Origin: an uncultured Actinomycetota bacterium
GTDB taxonomy: Bacteria > Actinomycetota > Actinomycetes > Propionibacteriales > Nocardioidaceae
Length of the DNA stretch: 64,000 nt
NCBI GenBank assembly: GCA_963805655.1
Contig: CAWDVB010000010.1
Span: 13,832-77,831, forward strand
Direction of reading: 5' to 3'
Shown piece after piece: positions 32,090 through 45,107 of the stretch; within the stretch, counting starts at the first letter, position 1; each line of letters opens with the position of its first letter. The notes below the pieces were generated by a model, which was not told the DNA's origin, did not search any database, and saw only the letters and a list, made by a program, of their open reading frames with translations. Both the position numbers and the translations under genes were made by a program.

Positions 32090-34258
32090 ACGCCCCCCGT
32101 CGCGCCTCCCGTGGCGCCCCAGCGTCCCTTCACCCATGTCGAGCACGGAACCAGCCGACCCGACCCGTACTTCTGGATGCGGGACACCTCGTCGGAGGAA
32201 CTTGTCGACCACCTGCGCGCGGAGCGCGCGTGGTACGAGACCACCACCCATCATCTCAACTCCTTCACCGAGCGCCTCCAGCGCGAGATGGCGACGCGTG
32301 TACCGGACGAGCAAATGTCCGTCCGTTGGGGATGCGGCAGTTATTGGTACTACATGCGGCACGATTCCGGAAGTAACTATCCGCGTTTGTTACGCAAAAG
32401 TCGCTTGCGAAACGGCGATGTGACGACTGATTCCACGTCGGATCCGGGAGTTCGCAACGAAATTGCTGCCGGCGTGTCGAACGGCTCGAACGGCTCGGAT
32501 GCAGGGGAAACCTCCCCGCAGCTCGTCCTGGACTGCCAGTCGCTGGCCGGGTCGGCGGACTACTTCGAACTCGGCCTGGTCCGCATCTCACCCGATGAGA
32601 CGCTGGCGGCGTACTCGGTCGACCAGGTCGGGGACGAGGTCTACACGCTTCGCTTCCGTGACATCGCCCGCGGCACCGATCTCGCCGACGAGATCCCCCG
32701 CACCTACTACGGCGGCGCCTGGTCGGCGGACTCCACGACGTTCTTCTACAGCGTCCACGACGCCGCCTACCGGCCCTTCCAGGTGTGGCGGCACACCATC
32801 GGCACGCCGCTCGACCAGGACGTGCTCGTGGTCGAGGAGCCGGACGAGCGCTTCGAGCTGCAGCTGCGCGGCACGCGCAGCGGCGACCTGGTCGTCATCT
32901 GGGCACGCAGCCGGGACACCAACGAGGTGTGGGTCGTCGACACCCACGAGCCCACGGCGCCGGCGCGTTCGGTGGGCGGACGCCGCCCGGGCGTCGAGTA
33001 CCACGCCGAGCACGTCGCCGGCGACGACCGGCTCTTGATCGTCACCAACGACGGCGCGCCGGAGTTCCGCATCGTGTCCGCCCCGGTCCCCCGCACCGCC
33101 GACCAGGACCACTCGACGTGGTCCGAGGTCCGTCCCTCCGACCCCGCCGAGCGGGTCGAGCGGGTGGAGGCCTTCTCAGGGCACGTCGTCGTCAGGTCAC
33201 GGCGCGACGGGCACCGTCACCTGCGCATCCTGCGCGCCGACAACCTGTCGGGGAAGGGAATCGAGCTCACCCCGCTCGCGCCCACCGGCACGCTCGACGT
33301 CGGGCACAGCGAGATCTACGACACCACGCAGATGCTGGTCTGCGACCAGTCCTACGTCGACCCGCCGGTCTGGTCTCTGGTGGATCTGGGCTCGGGCGAC
33401 CGCACCGAGGTGCACCGCGACCAGGCGCCCGGCCATCAGGCAGATCGCTACCTCCAGGAGACGCGCTTGGCCACCTCCCCCGACGGGACCGCGATCCCGA
33501 TGACGGTCATCCACCGCGACGACGTCCCGCTCGACGGCACGGCGCCGGCCCTGATCTACGCCTACGGCGCCTACGAGTACGTGTTCGAGCCTGACTGGGA
33601 CCCGGCCCTGCCCACGCTCCTCGACCGGGGCGTCGTCTTCGTGCACGCCCACGTCCGCGGCGGCGGCGAAGGCGGCCGCCGCTGGTGGCTGAACGGCCGC
33701 ATGGAGCACAAGCAGAACACCTTCACCGACCTGATCGCCTGCGCCGACGCCCTCGACGGCGTGGTCGACGGGAGCCGGATCGCCTCGCGCGGCCTCAGCG
33801 CAGGCGGGCTGCTGCAGGGCGCCGTGTTCTCCCAGCGACCGGACCGGTGGGTGGCCGTCGTGGCCGAGGTGCCCGCGGTCGACATCCTGAACTCGATGCT
33901 CGACCGGACCATCCCGCTGACGGTCAACGAGTGGGACGAGTGGGGCGACCCCCGCCGCGAGGCCGACTACCGCTGGATGCTCGCCTACTCGCCGTACGAC
34001 AACATCCCGCCCGCCGGCGGCCGGCCGCGGCTCCTGGTGACCGGCGCGCTGCACGATCCTCGCGTGATGGTCTGGGAGCCGACCAAGTGGGTCGCCGCCC
34101 TGCGCGAGTCCGATCCCGAGTGGTCCCCGCGCTGCGTCTACCGGGCCGAGGTCGGTGCGGGAGCGCACTCGGGCCCCTCGGGCAGGCTCGCGCACCTGGC
34201 GTACGAGGCCGAGGTCTACGCCTGGGTCCTGGACGCGTTCGGGACCAGCGAGGCATAG
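32084..34258 (+). CDS. ptrB: oligopeptidase B (S9A prolyl oligopeptidase family)
   Basis: MHTPPVAPPVAPQRPFTHVEHGTSRPDPYFWMRD... beta-propeller region. Catalytic region GLSAGGLL and the C-terminal Asp/His region. TAGGTT lies 7 nt upstream of the ATG. Confidence 0.9.
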   Translation: MHTPPVAPPVAPQRPFTHVEHGTSRPDPYFWMRDTSSEELVDHLRAERAWYETTTHHLNSFTERLQREMATRVPDEQMSVRWGCGSYWYYMRHDSGSNYPRLLRKSRLRNGDVTTDSTSDPGVRNEIAAGVSNGSNGSDAGETSPQLVLDCQSLAGSADYFELGLVRISPDETLAAYSVDQVGDEVYTLRFRDIARGTDLADEIPRTYYGGAWSADSTTFFYSVHDAAYRPFQVWRHTIGTPLDQDVLVVEEPDERFELQLRGTRSGDLVVIWARSRDTNEVWVVDTHEPTAPARSVGGRRPGVEYHAEHVAGDDRLLIVTNDGAPEFRIVSAPVPRTADQDHSTWSEVRPSDPAERVERVEAFSGHVVVRSRRDGHRHLRILRADNLSGKGIELTPLAPTGTLDVGHSEIYDTTQMLVCDQSYVDPPVWSLVDLGSGDRTEVHRDQAPGHQADRYLQETRLATSPDGTAIPMTVIHRDDVPLDGTAPALIYAYGAYEYVFEPDWDPALPTLLDRGVVFVHAHVRGGGEGGRRWWLNGRMEHKQNTFTDLIACADALDGVVDGSRIASRGLSAGGLLQGAVFSQRPDRWVAVVAEVPAVDILNSMLDRTIPLTVNEWDEWGDPRREADYRWMLAYSPYDNIPPAGGRPRLLVTGALHDPRVMVWEPTKWVAALRESDPEWSPRCVYRAEVGAGAHSGPSGRLAHLAYEAEVYAWVLDAFGTSEA

Positions 34259-34665
34259 GCCGGGTCGGCGAGGAACGCGGGGACGAAGTGGCCGCAGGAC
34301 TGGCTGGCCGGGAGCCCCGCGACCTCGCCGGGGTCGACGAAGACGATCCGCCTGCCTTCGCCGACCACGATGTCGGCGTCGGTGGCGGCGACGTGCCCGG
34401 CGTAGACGTGGAAGTGGAAGTCCTCGTCGGGGTCGCGGTAGGAGAAGACCTCGTCGCGCCACAGCGCCAGTGAGCCCGGTGCGAGCGAGAGGCCGGTCTC
34501 CTCGGCGACCTCGCGGTAGACCGCCTGGTCGAAGGACTCCCCGTCCTCGACGTGGCCACCCACCATGCCCCAGAGGTCGGGAGACCTCGGTGCGTCCGAG
34601 TCGCGCTCCTGCAGCAGGACGAAGCCGCGGTCGTCGACGAGCAGGCACACCGCGATGCGGACCAT
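34216..34665 (-). CDS. NUDIX hydrolase
   Basis: 149 aa. Nudix box GGHVEDGESFDQAVYREVAEETGL. Confidence 0.85.
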   Translation of the reverse strand: MVRIAVCLLVDDRGFVLLQERDSDAPRSPDLWGMVGGHVEDGESFDQAVYREVAEETGLSLAPGSLALWRDEVFSYRDPDEDFHFHVYAGHVAATDADIVVGEGRRIVFVDPGEVAGLPASQSCGHFVPAFLADPAYASLVPNASRTQA

Positions 34666-34699
34666 CCGGCCACCCTAGCCACCGGCCCCGCGACGGGCG

Positions 34700-35071
34700 T
34701 CACAGCCGGGCGACGAACCGCCTGCCGCGCAGCGCTTCCTCGACCAGGGACGCCGCGCGCAGCTCCGAGAGCAGCCGGGCCTCCTCCTTCTGCCAGGCGG
34801 CGACGACGGCCTCGATCGCCTCGACCTCGAGATGGTCGCGGAACGACGTGCGCGCCTCGCGCATCCCGCGACGGGCGGCCTCGAGCGCCGACTCCAGGTG
34901 GAGCACCGTGAACCGCGCCAGGACCACCTCATGGCGGCGCAGCACCGGGTAGGACCGGAACTCCGGCGGGCACCGGTCCAGCAACCAGGCCGCCGCGGAG
35001 CGCTCCCAGCCGGGCGCGTCGATCGGCCGCACCTCGCGCGGCCATCCGGGAGGCGTCCAGGGCAGGCTCAT
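34700..35071 (-). CDS. hypothetical protein (predicted SOS-regulated)
   Basis: 123-aa ORF, MSLPWTPPGWPREVRPIDAPGWERSAAAWLLDRCPPEF... I recognise no family. A perfect LexA box and a TAGACT -10 lie immediately upstream. Confidence 0.6.
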   Translation of the reverse strand: MSLPWTPPGWPREVRPIDAPGWERSAAAWLLDRCPPEFRSYPVLRRHEVVLARFTVLHLESALEAARRGMREARTSFRDHLEVEAIEAVVAAWQKEEARLLSELRAASLVEEALRGRRFVARL

Positions 35072-35084
35072 CCGGAAAGTCTAT

Positions 35085-35100
35085 TCGAACATCTGTTCGA
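35085..35100. promoter_or_regulatory. LexA SOS box (TCGAAC-N4-GTTCGA)
   Basis: TCGAACATCTGTTCGA is a perfect match to the mycobacterial/Gram-positive SOS-box consensus. It lies 14 nt upstream of the ATG at 35071, abutting a TAGACT -10 (35078-35083, minus strand). Confidence 0.75.
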
Positions 35101-35212
35101 TTCCTATCCGACTGCGTTGCCCCGGCCCGCTGCGACCGCTCGTGTGCGTCGACGGCCCGCGCAGTCGAGCAGCGCTCATCACGGGCGATAGGGGCGTCGG
35201 TGACAGCACTGA

Positions 35213-35248
35213 GGCGAGAATCCCCCGCTGAGCAAGGGGATTCTCGCC
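35213..35248 (-). terminator. hairpin terminator downstream of acn
   Basis: GGCGAGAATCCCC-10 nt loop-GGGGATTCTCGCC. Perfect 13-bp stem, 18 nt after the acn stop. No U-tract. Confidence 0.6.
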
Positions 35249-35265
35249 TCCGGAGTGGGTGTGGG

Positions 35266-38004
<2,739 letters not shown>

Positions 38005-38130
38005 CGCACTCTCCTCGTCGTCAGGTCCATCTTGCCCACCGGGTGGCAACCTGGCCACCGAGCCCGCAGCCGGGACTCGGGCGGGACGTCGCCCGTTCCT
38101 TGCCCGGTACCCGGTCGGGTTCGCTTCATA

Positions 38131-38163
38131 TCTCTTGATGTCAAGATACATGACATCAAGAGA
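38131..38163. promoter_or_regulatory. AT-rich perfect inverted repeat between the methyltransferase stop and the acn start
   Basis: TCTCTTGATGTCA-agataca-TGACATCAAGAGA (13-bp arms). Contains TTGACA on the acn strand. Could be an operator or an I-shaped terminator. Confidence 0.6.
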
Positions 38164-38174
38164 GAAGCATAGCC

Positions 38175-39431
38175 TCAGCGCGCCGCGTCGGGGAGGGCCC
38201 CTCTGCCGCTCTCTCGCGGGCTGAGCACCGCCACACACTCCACGTGGTGGGTCATCGGGAACAGGTCGAACGCACGCAGCGAGTCCAGGCCGTAGCCCCG
38301 CTCGCCGAACAGGCCGAGATCCCGGCCGAGGCTCGCGGGGTCGCATGCGACATAGACCACCCGCCTCGGGTGCGCCCTCGCGATCGCCTCCACCACCGGC
38401 CGCCTGGCTCCCGCCCGGGGCGGGTCCAGCACGACCCGGTCCAGACGGCGCCCGCTGAGTGCGCCGTCGAGGACCCGGTCCACCCGTCCCCGGTGCACGC
38501 GTACGGCGGTCAGCCCGGCCAGGTTGCGGCGGGCGTCCTCCACCGCCGCCGTCGCGCTCTCCACGACCTCGACCCGCCCCGACTCCCCCACTGCCCGCGC
38601 CAGCGGGAGCGAGAAGAGGCCGACGCCGGCGTACAGGTCGGCGACCCGCTCGCCGGGCCTGGCCGCCATTCCCGCCATGACCGCCTCGCGCAGTGTCGCG
38701 GCAGCCCCGGGGTGCACCTGCCAGAACCCGGAACCGGTCACCTCGTACACGTCGTCGCCGACCCGCTCGCGGAGCAGCGGCGGAAGCGCCGACTCCCGTG
38801 GCGGGGTTCGCAGCACCAGCGTCTGCCCGGTCGAGGTGGCGATCGCCTCGACCTCCGCGTCGCCCGGCTCCGCTGTGGGAGCAGGCAGATCGGGGTGCGC
38901 GAGGAGGCAGTCGACGGCGATCACCTCGTGGGAGCGGTGCTTGCGGAGCCCCGGCCGGCCGTCCGGGCCGACGGCGTACTGGACCCGGGTGCGCCAGCGC
39001 AGCCCCTCGTCGTCTCCGGGCACCGGCTCGACCGCGACGTCGACGTCGATCCCTGCCAGTCGGGACAGCTGCTCGGCGACCACCGCTGCCTTGAGCCGGC
39101 GTTGCGCGCCGAGCGTCACGTGCTGGAAGTCGCAGCCCCCGCAGCCGCCGGGGCCCGCAGCGGGGCACGGCGGCACCACCCGGTCCGGGGAGGAGCGCAG
39201 CACCTCGACCGCATCCGCGCGAAGGTACCGGTCGCCCACTCGCCCCTCGGTGACCTCGGCGACGACCTTCTCTCCGGGGATCGCGTGGCGGACGAACACG
39301 ACCACCCCGGCCAAACCGTCCACGTCGTCCCGGACCCGCGCCACGCAGTGACCTCCGTGGGCGATCGACCCCACCTCGAGGGCCAGGCGGCGTCCGACCG
39401 CCGACTCCCCCGGCGTCAGTCGAGCTCCCAC
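38175..39431 (-). CDS. TRAM-domain class I SAM-dependent RNA methyltransferase (TrmA/RlmD family)
   Basis: HGGHCVARV... Cys cluster [33 protein letters not shown] motif. DPPRAG. The GTG at 39431 is a tentative start. Confidence 0.8.
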   Translation of the reverse strand: MGARLTPGESAVGRRLALEVGSIAHGGHCVARVRDDVDGLAGVVVFVRHAIPGEKVVAEVTEGRVGDRYLRADAVEVLRSSPDRVVPPCPAAGPGGCGGCDFQHVTLGAQRRLKAAVVAEQLSRLAGIDVDVAVEPVPGDDEGLRWRTRVQYAVGPDGRPGLRKHRSHEVIAVDCLLAHPDLPAPTAEPGDAEVEAIATSTGQTLVLRTPPRESALPPLLRERVGDDVYEVTGSGFWQVHPGAAATLREAVMAGMAARPGERVADLYAGVGLFSLPLARAVGESGRVEVVESATAAVEDARRNLAGLTAVRVHRGRVDRVLDGALSGRRLDRVVLDPPRAGARRPVVEAIARAHPRRVVYVACDPASLGRDLGLFGERGYGLDSLRAFDLFPMTHHVECVAVLSPRESGRGALPDAAR

Positions 39432-41465
39432 GAGAACTCGTCGGACTTGCGCCCGGGCCCGCGGCGGACGTCGCCGGCGTGGGTGGCCTCCTCGAAGCGC
39501 CGTGCGCGCTCCAGGCCGATCGCCGACGAGCTGAGCTGGTACGGCACCGCGATCACCATCACACCGGGGATGAACAGCAACCGGGACTTCAGCCGCAAGG
39601 CGGTCTGGTTGTGCAGCAGCTGCTCCCACCAGCGTCCGACCACCGACTGCGGAATGTAGGCCGCGACGATCGTCCTCGGGTGCTCCTTGCGGATCTGCCG
39701 GACGTAGTCGGTGATCGGCCGGACGACCTCGCGGTACGCCGAGTGCTTCACCTTGAGCACCACGTCGATGCCCGCCTGCTCCCACTCCCGGCGCACCCGG
39801 GACGTCTTCTCCGGGTCGTCGGAGATCATCAGCGCCTCGAGCGTGTTCGGCCGGGACGCCTTGGCGTACATCAGGGCCCGGATCGTCGGCTTGTCCAGCT
39901 TCGACACCAGCACCAGCGCGTGGACGCGGCTCGGCAGCGACTGGTCCTCCTCGCTGACCTCGAGCTCACGCTCGACCGAGGCGTAGTGCTTGCGGATGCC
40001 GCGCATCATCAGGAAGAAGATCGTCATCGCCAGGATCGCGATCCACGCCCCGGCCAGGAACTTCGTGACCAGCACGATCACGAAGACGACCGACGTCATG
40101 CTCAGGCCGAAGGCGTTGATCAGCCGCGAGCGGATCATCTTCCGGCGCAGGCCGCGGTCGGTCTCGGTGCGCAGCAGCCGCGTCCAGTGCCGGATCATGC
40201 CCAGCTGACTCAGGTTGAACGACACGAAGACGCCGACGATGTAGAGCTGGATCAGCCGGGTCACCTCGGCGTTGAAGGCCACGATCAGGGCGATCGCCAT
40301 CACGGCCAGGATCAGGATCCCGTTGGAGTAGGCGAGCCGGTCGCCGCGCAGCGCCAGCTGACGGGGCAGGAACCCGTCCCTGGCCAGGATCGACCCCAGC
40401 ACCGGGAAGCCGTTGAACGCCGTGTTCGCCGCCAGGACCAGGATCACACCGGTGGCGATGACGACGAAGTAGAACCCGGCCGGGAACACGTCGAAGACGC
40501 CCCGGGCGATCTGCGCGATCACCGTGTGCTCGTCGTAGTCCGCGGGCACGGGACTGCCGTTCGGCAGGAGGAGCCGGGACAGGTGGTGCGGATCGACGTA
40601 CCGGATGTTCATCGCGTTGGCCAGCACGATGACGCTGATCATCATGGTGATCGCGACGCCCCCGAGCATCGCCAGCGTGGTCGCGGCGTTCTTGCTCTTC
40701 GGCTTGCGGAAGGCAGGGACCCCGTTGGAGATCGCCTCCACGCCGGTCAGCGCCGCGGATCCCGACGAGAACGCCCGGGCCAGCAGGATCACCAGGGCCA
40801 GGCCGGTGAGGCCGCCCTGGTACTTGTCGGCGACGTCGATCGTGAGGGACGCGGACTCGGCCGGTGGCAGGTTGCCCATGAAGTAGCGGGAGACCCCCAC
40901 GGCGCACATGCCGATGATGGCCAGCATGAACAGGTAGGTGGGGATGGCGAAGTAGGTGCCGGACTCCTTGACCCCGCGGAGGTTCAGCGCGGTCAGGAAG
41001 ACCACCATCACGACCGCCAGCGCCGCCTCGTGCCCCGACAGGAAGCCGATCGCCGACGCGGCGTACTGGGCGCCCGAGGAGATCGACACCGCCACCGTGA
41101 GCACGTAGTCGACGAGCAGGGCGCTGGCGACGGTCACCCCGGCCGTCGGGCCGAGATTGGTGGTGGCCACCTCGTAGTCGCCGCCGCCGCTGGGGTAGGC
41201 GTGAACGGTCTGGCGGTACGACATGACCACGGCGATCATGACCAGCGCGACCGCGATGCCGATCTTCCACGACCAGACGTAGGCAGCGGCCCCGGCGGTC
41301 GACAGCATGATGAAGATCTCGTCCGGGGCGTAGGCCACCGAGGAGAGCGCGTCGCTGGCGAACACCGGCAAGCGCGATCCGCTTGGGGAGAAGCGTCTCC
41401 CCCAGCTGGTCGCTCTTCAGCTTGCGGCCCAGCAGGATGCGCTTGGCGACGTCGGTCACTCCCAC
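39416..41465 (-). pseudogene. APC family permease (Rv2690c-like), frameshift near codon 30
   Basis: VTDVAKRILLGRKLKSDQLGETLLPKRIAL is in the 39966..41465 frame. PVFASDALSSVAYAPDEIF... (651-aa frame) continues it. The switch is at about 41372. Confidence 0.8.
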
Positions 41466-41530
41466 GCCCGAAAGGCTAGACCACCCGGCGCTCTGCGAGG
41501 ACCACGCCGCGGTCGGGTAGCGTCTGAGCC

Positions 41531-42194
41531 GTGCACGTCGTGATCATGGGCTGCGGCCGCGTCGGGTCCCTGCTTGCCCGCAGCCTCGAGGAGCGCGGCC
41601 ACACCGTGGCCGTGATCGACAGCAACCCCGATGCGTTCCGCAGGCTCGGCGCGTCCTTCTCCGGGATCCGGGTGACCGGGATGGGCTTCGACGAGGAGGT
41701 GCTCGACAAGGCCGGCACCCACCGCGCCGACGCCTTCCTCGCGGTATCCAGCGGCGACAACTCCAACATCATCGCCGCCCGCGTCGCCCGGGAGACCTTC
41801 GGGATCGAGAACGTCGTGGCGCGCATCTACGACCCCGGACGCGCCGAGGTCTACGAGCGGCTGGGCATCCCCACCGTTGCCACCGTCAAGTGGACCGCGG
41901 ACCAGGTGCTGCGCCGGATCCTCCCCGCCGACAGCGAGCCCGACTTCCGCGACCCGTCGGGCACCATCCGCATGGACTCCGCTGCGGTCGGCCCCGACCT
42001 GGGTCGGCGAGCACACCAAGCGGTTCCAGGACTCACCGACGCCCGGGTCGCCTGGATCGACCGGCTCGGGGAGGGTATGCTGCCCCACCCGGACACCGTC
42101 CTCCAGGACGGCGACATCCTCCACCTCGTGATGCGCGAGGAGAACGCCGACAACGTCAAGCTCACCCTGCAGCAGCGGACCGGAGTCAGACTGA
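41531..42194 (+). pseudogene. trkA: TrkA family potassium uptake protein (CeoB-like), about 3 frame changes
   Basis: MHVVIMGCGRVGSLLARSL NAD motif. The conserved WVGEHTKRFQDS stretch of the TrkA-C domain is only in an alternate frame (about 41990-42035). The expected stop (TGATG overlap at 42192-42196) is out of frame. Confidence 0.75.
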
Positions 42195-42870
42195 TGCGCG
42201 TCGCCATCGCCGGAGCAGGCGCGGTCGGAAGGTCGATCGCCCGCGAGCTTCATCGCCAACTCCCACCAGGTGCTCCTCATCGACAAGGACCCGGCGTCCA
42301 TCAAGCCCGGAGCGGGTGCCCGGAGCCGAGTGGCTGCTCGCGGACTCCTGCGAGCTCTCCTCCCTCGAGGAGGCCCGGCTGGACAGCTGCGACGTCGTCA
42401 TCGCGGCGACCGGCGACGACAAGGCGAACCTGGTCACCTCCCTGCTGGCGAAGACCGAGTTCGCGGTGCCCCGCACCGTCGGCCGGGTCAACCACCCCAA
42501 CAACGAGTGGCTGTTCACCGAGTCCTGGGGGGTCGACGTGAGCGTGTCGACCCCGCGGATCATGTCGGCGCTGGTCGAGGAGGCGGTCACCGTCGGCGAC
42601 GTCGTGCGCCTGTTCACCTTCCGCAAGAGCGACACCAACCTCGTCGAGATGACGCTGCCCGCCGAGTCGCCGTACGCCGGCGTGCCGTGCGGCCAGATCC
42701 CGTGGCCGGACGACGCCCTCCTCGTCACGGTGCTGCGCGACGGGATGGTCTACCGGCCCGAGCGGCTGCTGCCGATCGAGGCCGGCGACGAGCTGCTCTT
42801 CGTGGCGTCGCCGGAGGCCGAGCCGGTCATCGCCCACCTGCTCTCCCCCGTGTCGCACGCCACGGAGTGA
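42194..42870 (+). pseudogene. trkA: TrkA family potassium uptake protein (CeoC-like), 2 frameshifts
   Basis: MRVAIAGAGAVGRSIAREL, then (A)NSHQVLLIDKDPASIKP in a second frame, then ERVPGAEWLLADSCELSSLEEA...AHLLSPVSHATE in a third. Confidence 0.75.
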
Positions 42871-42877
42871 GCCGGGC

Positions 42878-43593
42878 TCAGGACTGGGCTCGACCGCGGC
42901 CGTACGGGGGTGCTGTCCGCGCGCCAGCACCCACACCATCGCGGCGAAGCGCCAGCAGCTGCAGCGGCCACCCCATGGCGATCTTGCTGACCCCGAGAGC
43001 CGCGACCATCGCGCCCGCGTCGTCCGCCGCCTTGCCGGCCAGGTAGAGCGGGCGCCTGCACGGCCACCCGGATCACGCACGGCAGGACGAGCATCCAGGT
43101 GAGCCGCTTGCTGCAGCCGCACCACGTCGCGCGGTCCGGTGCCACTCGGTGGGCTCACCCGGACGCGGACCCGACCATGAAGCCGACCACGGGCCAGCCC
43201 ACCAGGTTGCTGAGCGTCATCACGACGGCGTAGCCGGCGTTGTAGAGGAGCCCGGGCAGGAAGTAGGCCAGCGCCGTGTCGTCGACCGAGCCGCCGGAGT
43301 GGCTGCTGTTCCAGGCGAACAGTGCGCCGACGCCGATCCCGAGCAGACTGTTGAGCACGAACTGGAGGGTGGAGCGCTGCACCAGGCGGATCACCAGGAG
43401 CACCAGCGCCGCGCCCACGCTGAGGTAGAGCGCCGGCCACGGTGTCCGGGCGATCAGGAAGATGCCGGTGAAGACCAGGGTGGGTACGCGGCCTCGGCCA
43501 TGCCGCGGCGGCCGCCCAGGGCTCGGACATCTGCTGCCGGACCAGCGCCTCGACGGTGTCGGCATGCACGTGCCCGTCAGGAACAGAGCTCAT
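42878..43593 (-). pseudogene. DUF3159 domain-containing membrane protein, several frameshifts
   Basis: MSSVPDGHVHADTVEALVRQQMS. Then VPTLVFTGIFLIA...LLYNAGYAVVMTLSNLVGWPVVGFMVG, then CSKRLTWMLVLPCVIRVAVQAP, then AAMVWVLARG, each in a different frame. The 3' end is approximate. Confidence 0.65.
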
Positions 43594-43941
43594 AGCGCGG
43601 ATTGAACATCACGGGGACGCCGGACGAGCGGCCGATGCGCCCCTCGACCTGGAGTCGAGCGTCCCGGGTCGATGCCCGGGATGGACCGGCGGCCGAGCCA
43701 GACCACGGTCAGCGTGCCGCTGCCGTCGTAGAGCTCGGCCTCGAGAGCGGGCACCCCGCCGCGGGGCCGCAGCGAGACCGACTTCAGCTCCCCTGGATCC
43801 GGACCCGGGCGCGATCGGAGCAGTCGACGACCGAGGCGCGCCGGAGTCGGCGCTGGAGCTCCGCAGCTCGTCGGTCCTCCGCGGCTGCGGGCTGGCCCAT
43901 CTGTCCAGTCCGCGCCGGATGCGCTCGGTCACGTCTGGCAT
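43577..43941 (-). pseudogene. OB-fold nucleic-acid-binding protein (Rv2694c-like), 3 or more frameshifts
   Basis: MPDVTERIRRGLDRW..., LQRRLRRASVVDCSDRARVRIQG, ELKSVSLRPRGGVPALEAELYDGSGTLTVVWLGRRSIPGIDPGR and LQVEGRIGRSSGVPVMFNPRYEL were read by hand from three frames. Confidence 0.65.
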
Positions 43942-43956
43942 GGCGCACAGCCTAGG

Positions 43957-44595
43957 TCATGCCCGGTGAATCCGGTTGAACGGTGGCTCGAGGTCCACCC
44001 CGGGCGGAAGCCGCAGCGGGATCGCCTCCCCGGGCGGGATGGGCCCGGTGCCTCGCACGACCACGGTGTCGCGCAGCGCACGCGACGAGCTCGCTGTCCG
44101 GGGCGGGATCGGTCGCGTAGGTCCCGTAGAAGGTCAGCGCGCAGCACCCACCGGGGGCCACGGATCCCGGCCATGCGGACCGGCTGGATCATCTTCTTGC
44201 CCTGGACGTCGACCGGCTGGCCGATGTGGAGCTCGGTGCCGTACTCGCCCGAGCCCTCGGTGACGGTCGACCCCTGACGGCGGAACTGCTCGGCGATCTC
44301 CGCGCGCGCGAGGTCCCACTGGTCGACGTCCTTGGCGGACGCGAACGGCCGCAGCTCGACCGCGCCGTCGTGGGCAGCCAGCATGATCGAGACCAGCGCC
44401 CCCGAGGCCTGGTCGGCCTGCAGGCGCAGCTCCACGCCGTCGCGGGGCCGGACGAGCAGCCCGCCGAGGTCGACCCTCCCCTCGGCCGGGTCGTCGACCT
44501 CGGCGACGTCCCAGGGTCCGGCGGCGTCCAGCGGCGAGACCGGACGAGTCCGCCACGACCGGCTCCTCGGCGCCACGGCGGGGTCGCAGTCTCAC
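43957..44595 (-). pseudogene. DUF3710 domain-containing protein, several frameshifts
   Basis: [19 protein letters not shown], then PLDAAGPWDVAEVDDP...ELRLQADQASGALVSIML...GPRWVLRA, then LTFYGTYATDPAPDSEL, then RDTVVVRGTGPIPPGEAIPLRLPPG. GTGA overlap with the dut stop. Confidence 0.7.
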
Positions 44596-45056
44596 GTCGT
44601 CTCCTCCGTCGGCTGCGTGGGTGAACCCTCCGGTGGAACCGTAGCCGCCCTCACCACGGACCGACTCCGGCAGGTGCTCCACCTCGACGAACCGCGCCGT
44701 CTCGACCTGCTGGATCGACCAGCTGGGCGATCCGGTCTCCGCGCCGCAGCACGACCGGCTCGGTGCGGTCGAGGTTGATCAGCATCACCTTGACCTCGCC
44801 GCGGTAGCCCGCGTCGATCGTGCCGGGCGCGTTGACGATGGACAGGCCCGCGCGCGCGGCCAGCCCCGACCGGGGGTGCACCAGCGCGACGTACCCCTCG
44901 CGGGAGCGCCAGGCTGATCCCGGTGGGGACCAGTGCCCGCTCGCCCGGCTCGAGCCGGACGTCCACCGTGGTGACCAGGTCCGCGCCGGCGTCGCCCGGG
45001 TGCGCGTACGCGGGAAGGGGGACGTCGTCCAGCCGCCGGATCAGGACCTCGACCAT
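44592..45056 (-). pseudogene. dut: dUTP diphosphatase, about 3 frameshifts
   Basis: [30 protein letters not shown]...PTGISLALP, then [43 protein letters not shown]...GDRIAQLV, then [31 protein letters not shown]. The total span of 465 nt fits a 154-aa Dut. Confidence 0.85.
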
Positions 45057-45107
45057 GCGCGAGACCCTAACGTCACCCCGGCGCCTCCCGGATGACAGGA
45101 TTGCCGC

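Noticed and set aside
35090-35105. tRNA-like T-arm sequence GTTCGATTCC.
   Set aside because: No acceptor, D or anticodon arms can be drawn around it. It is the right half of the LexA box.
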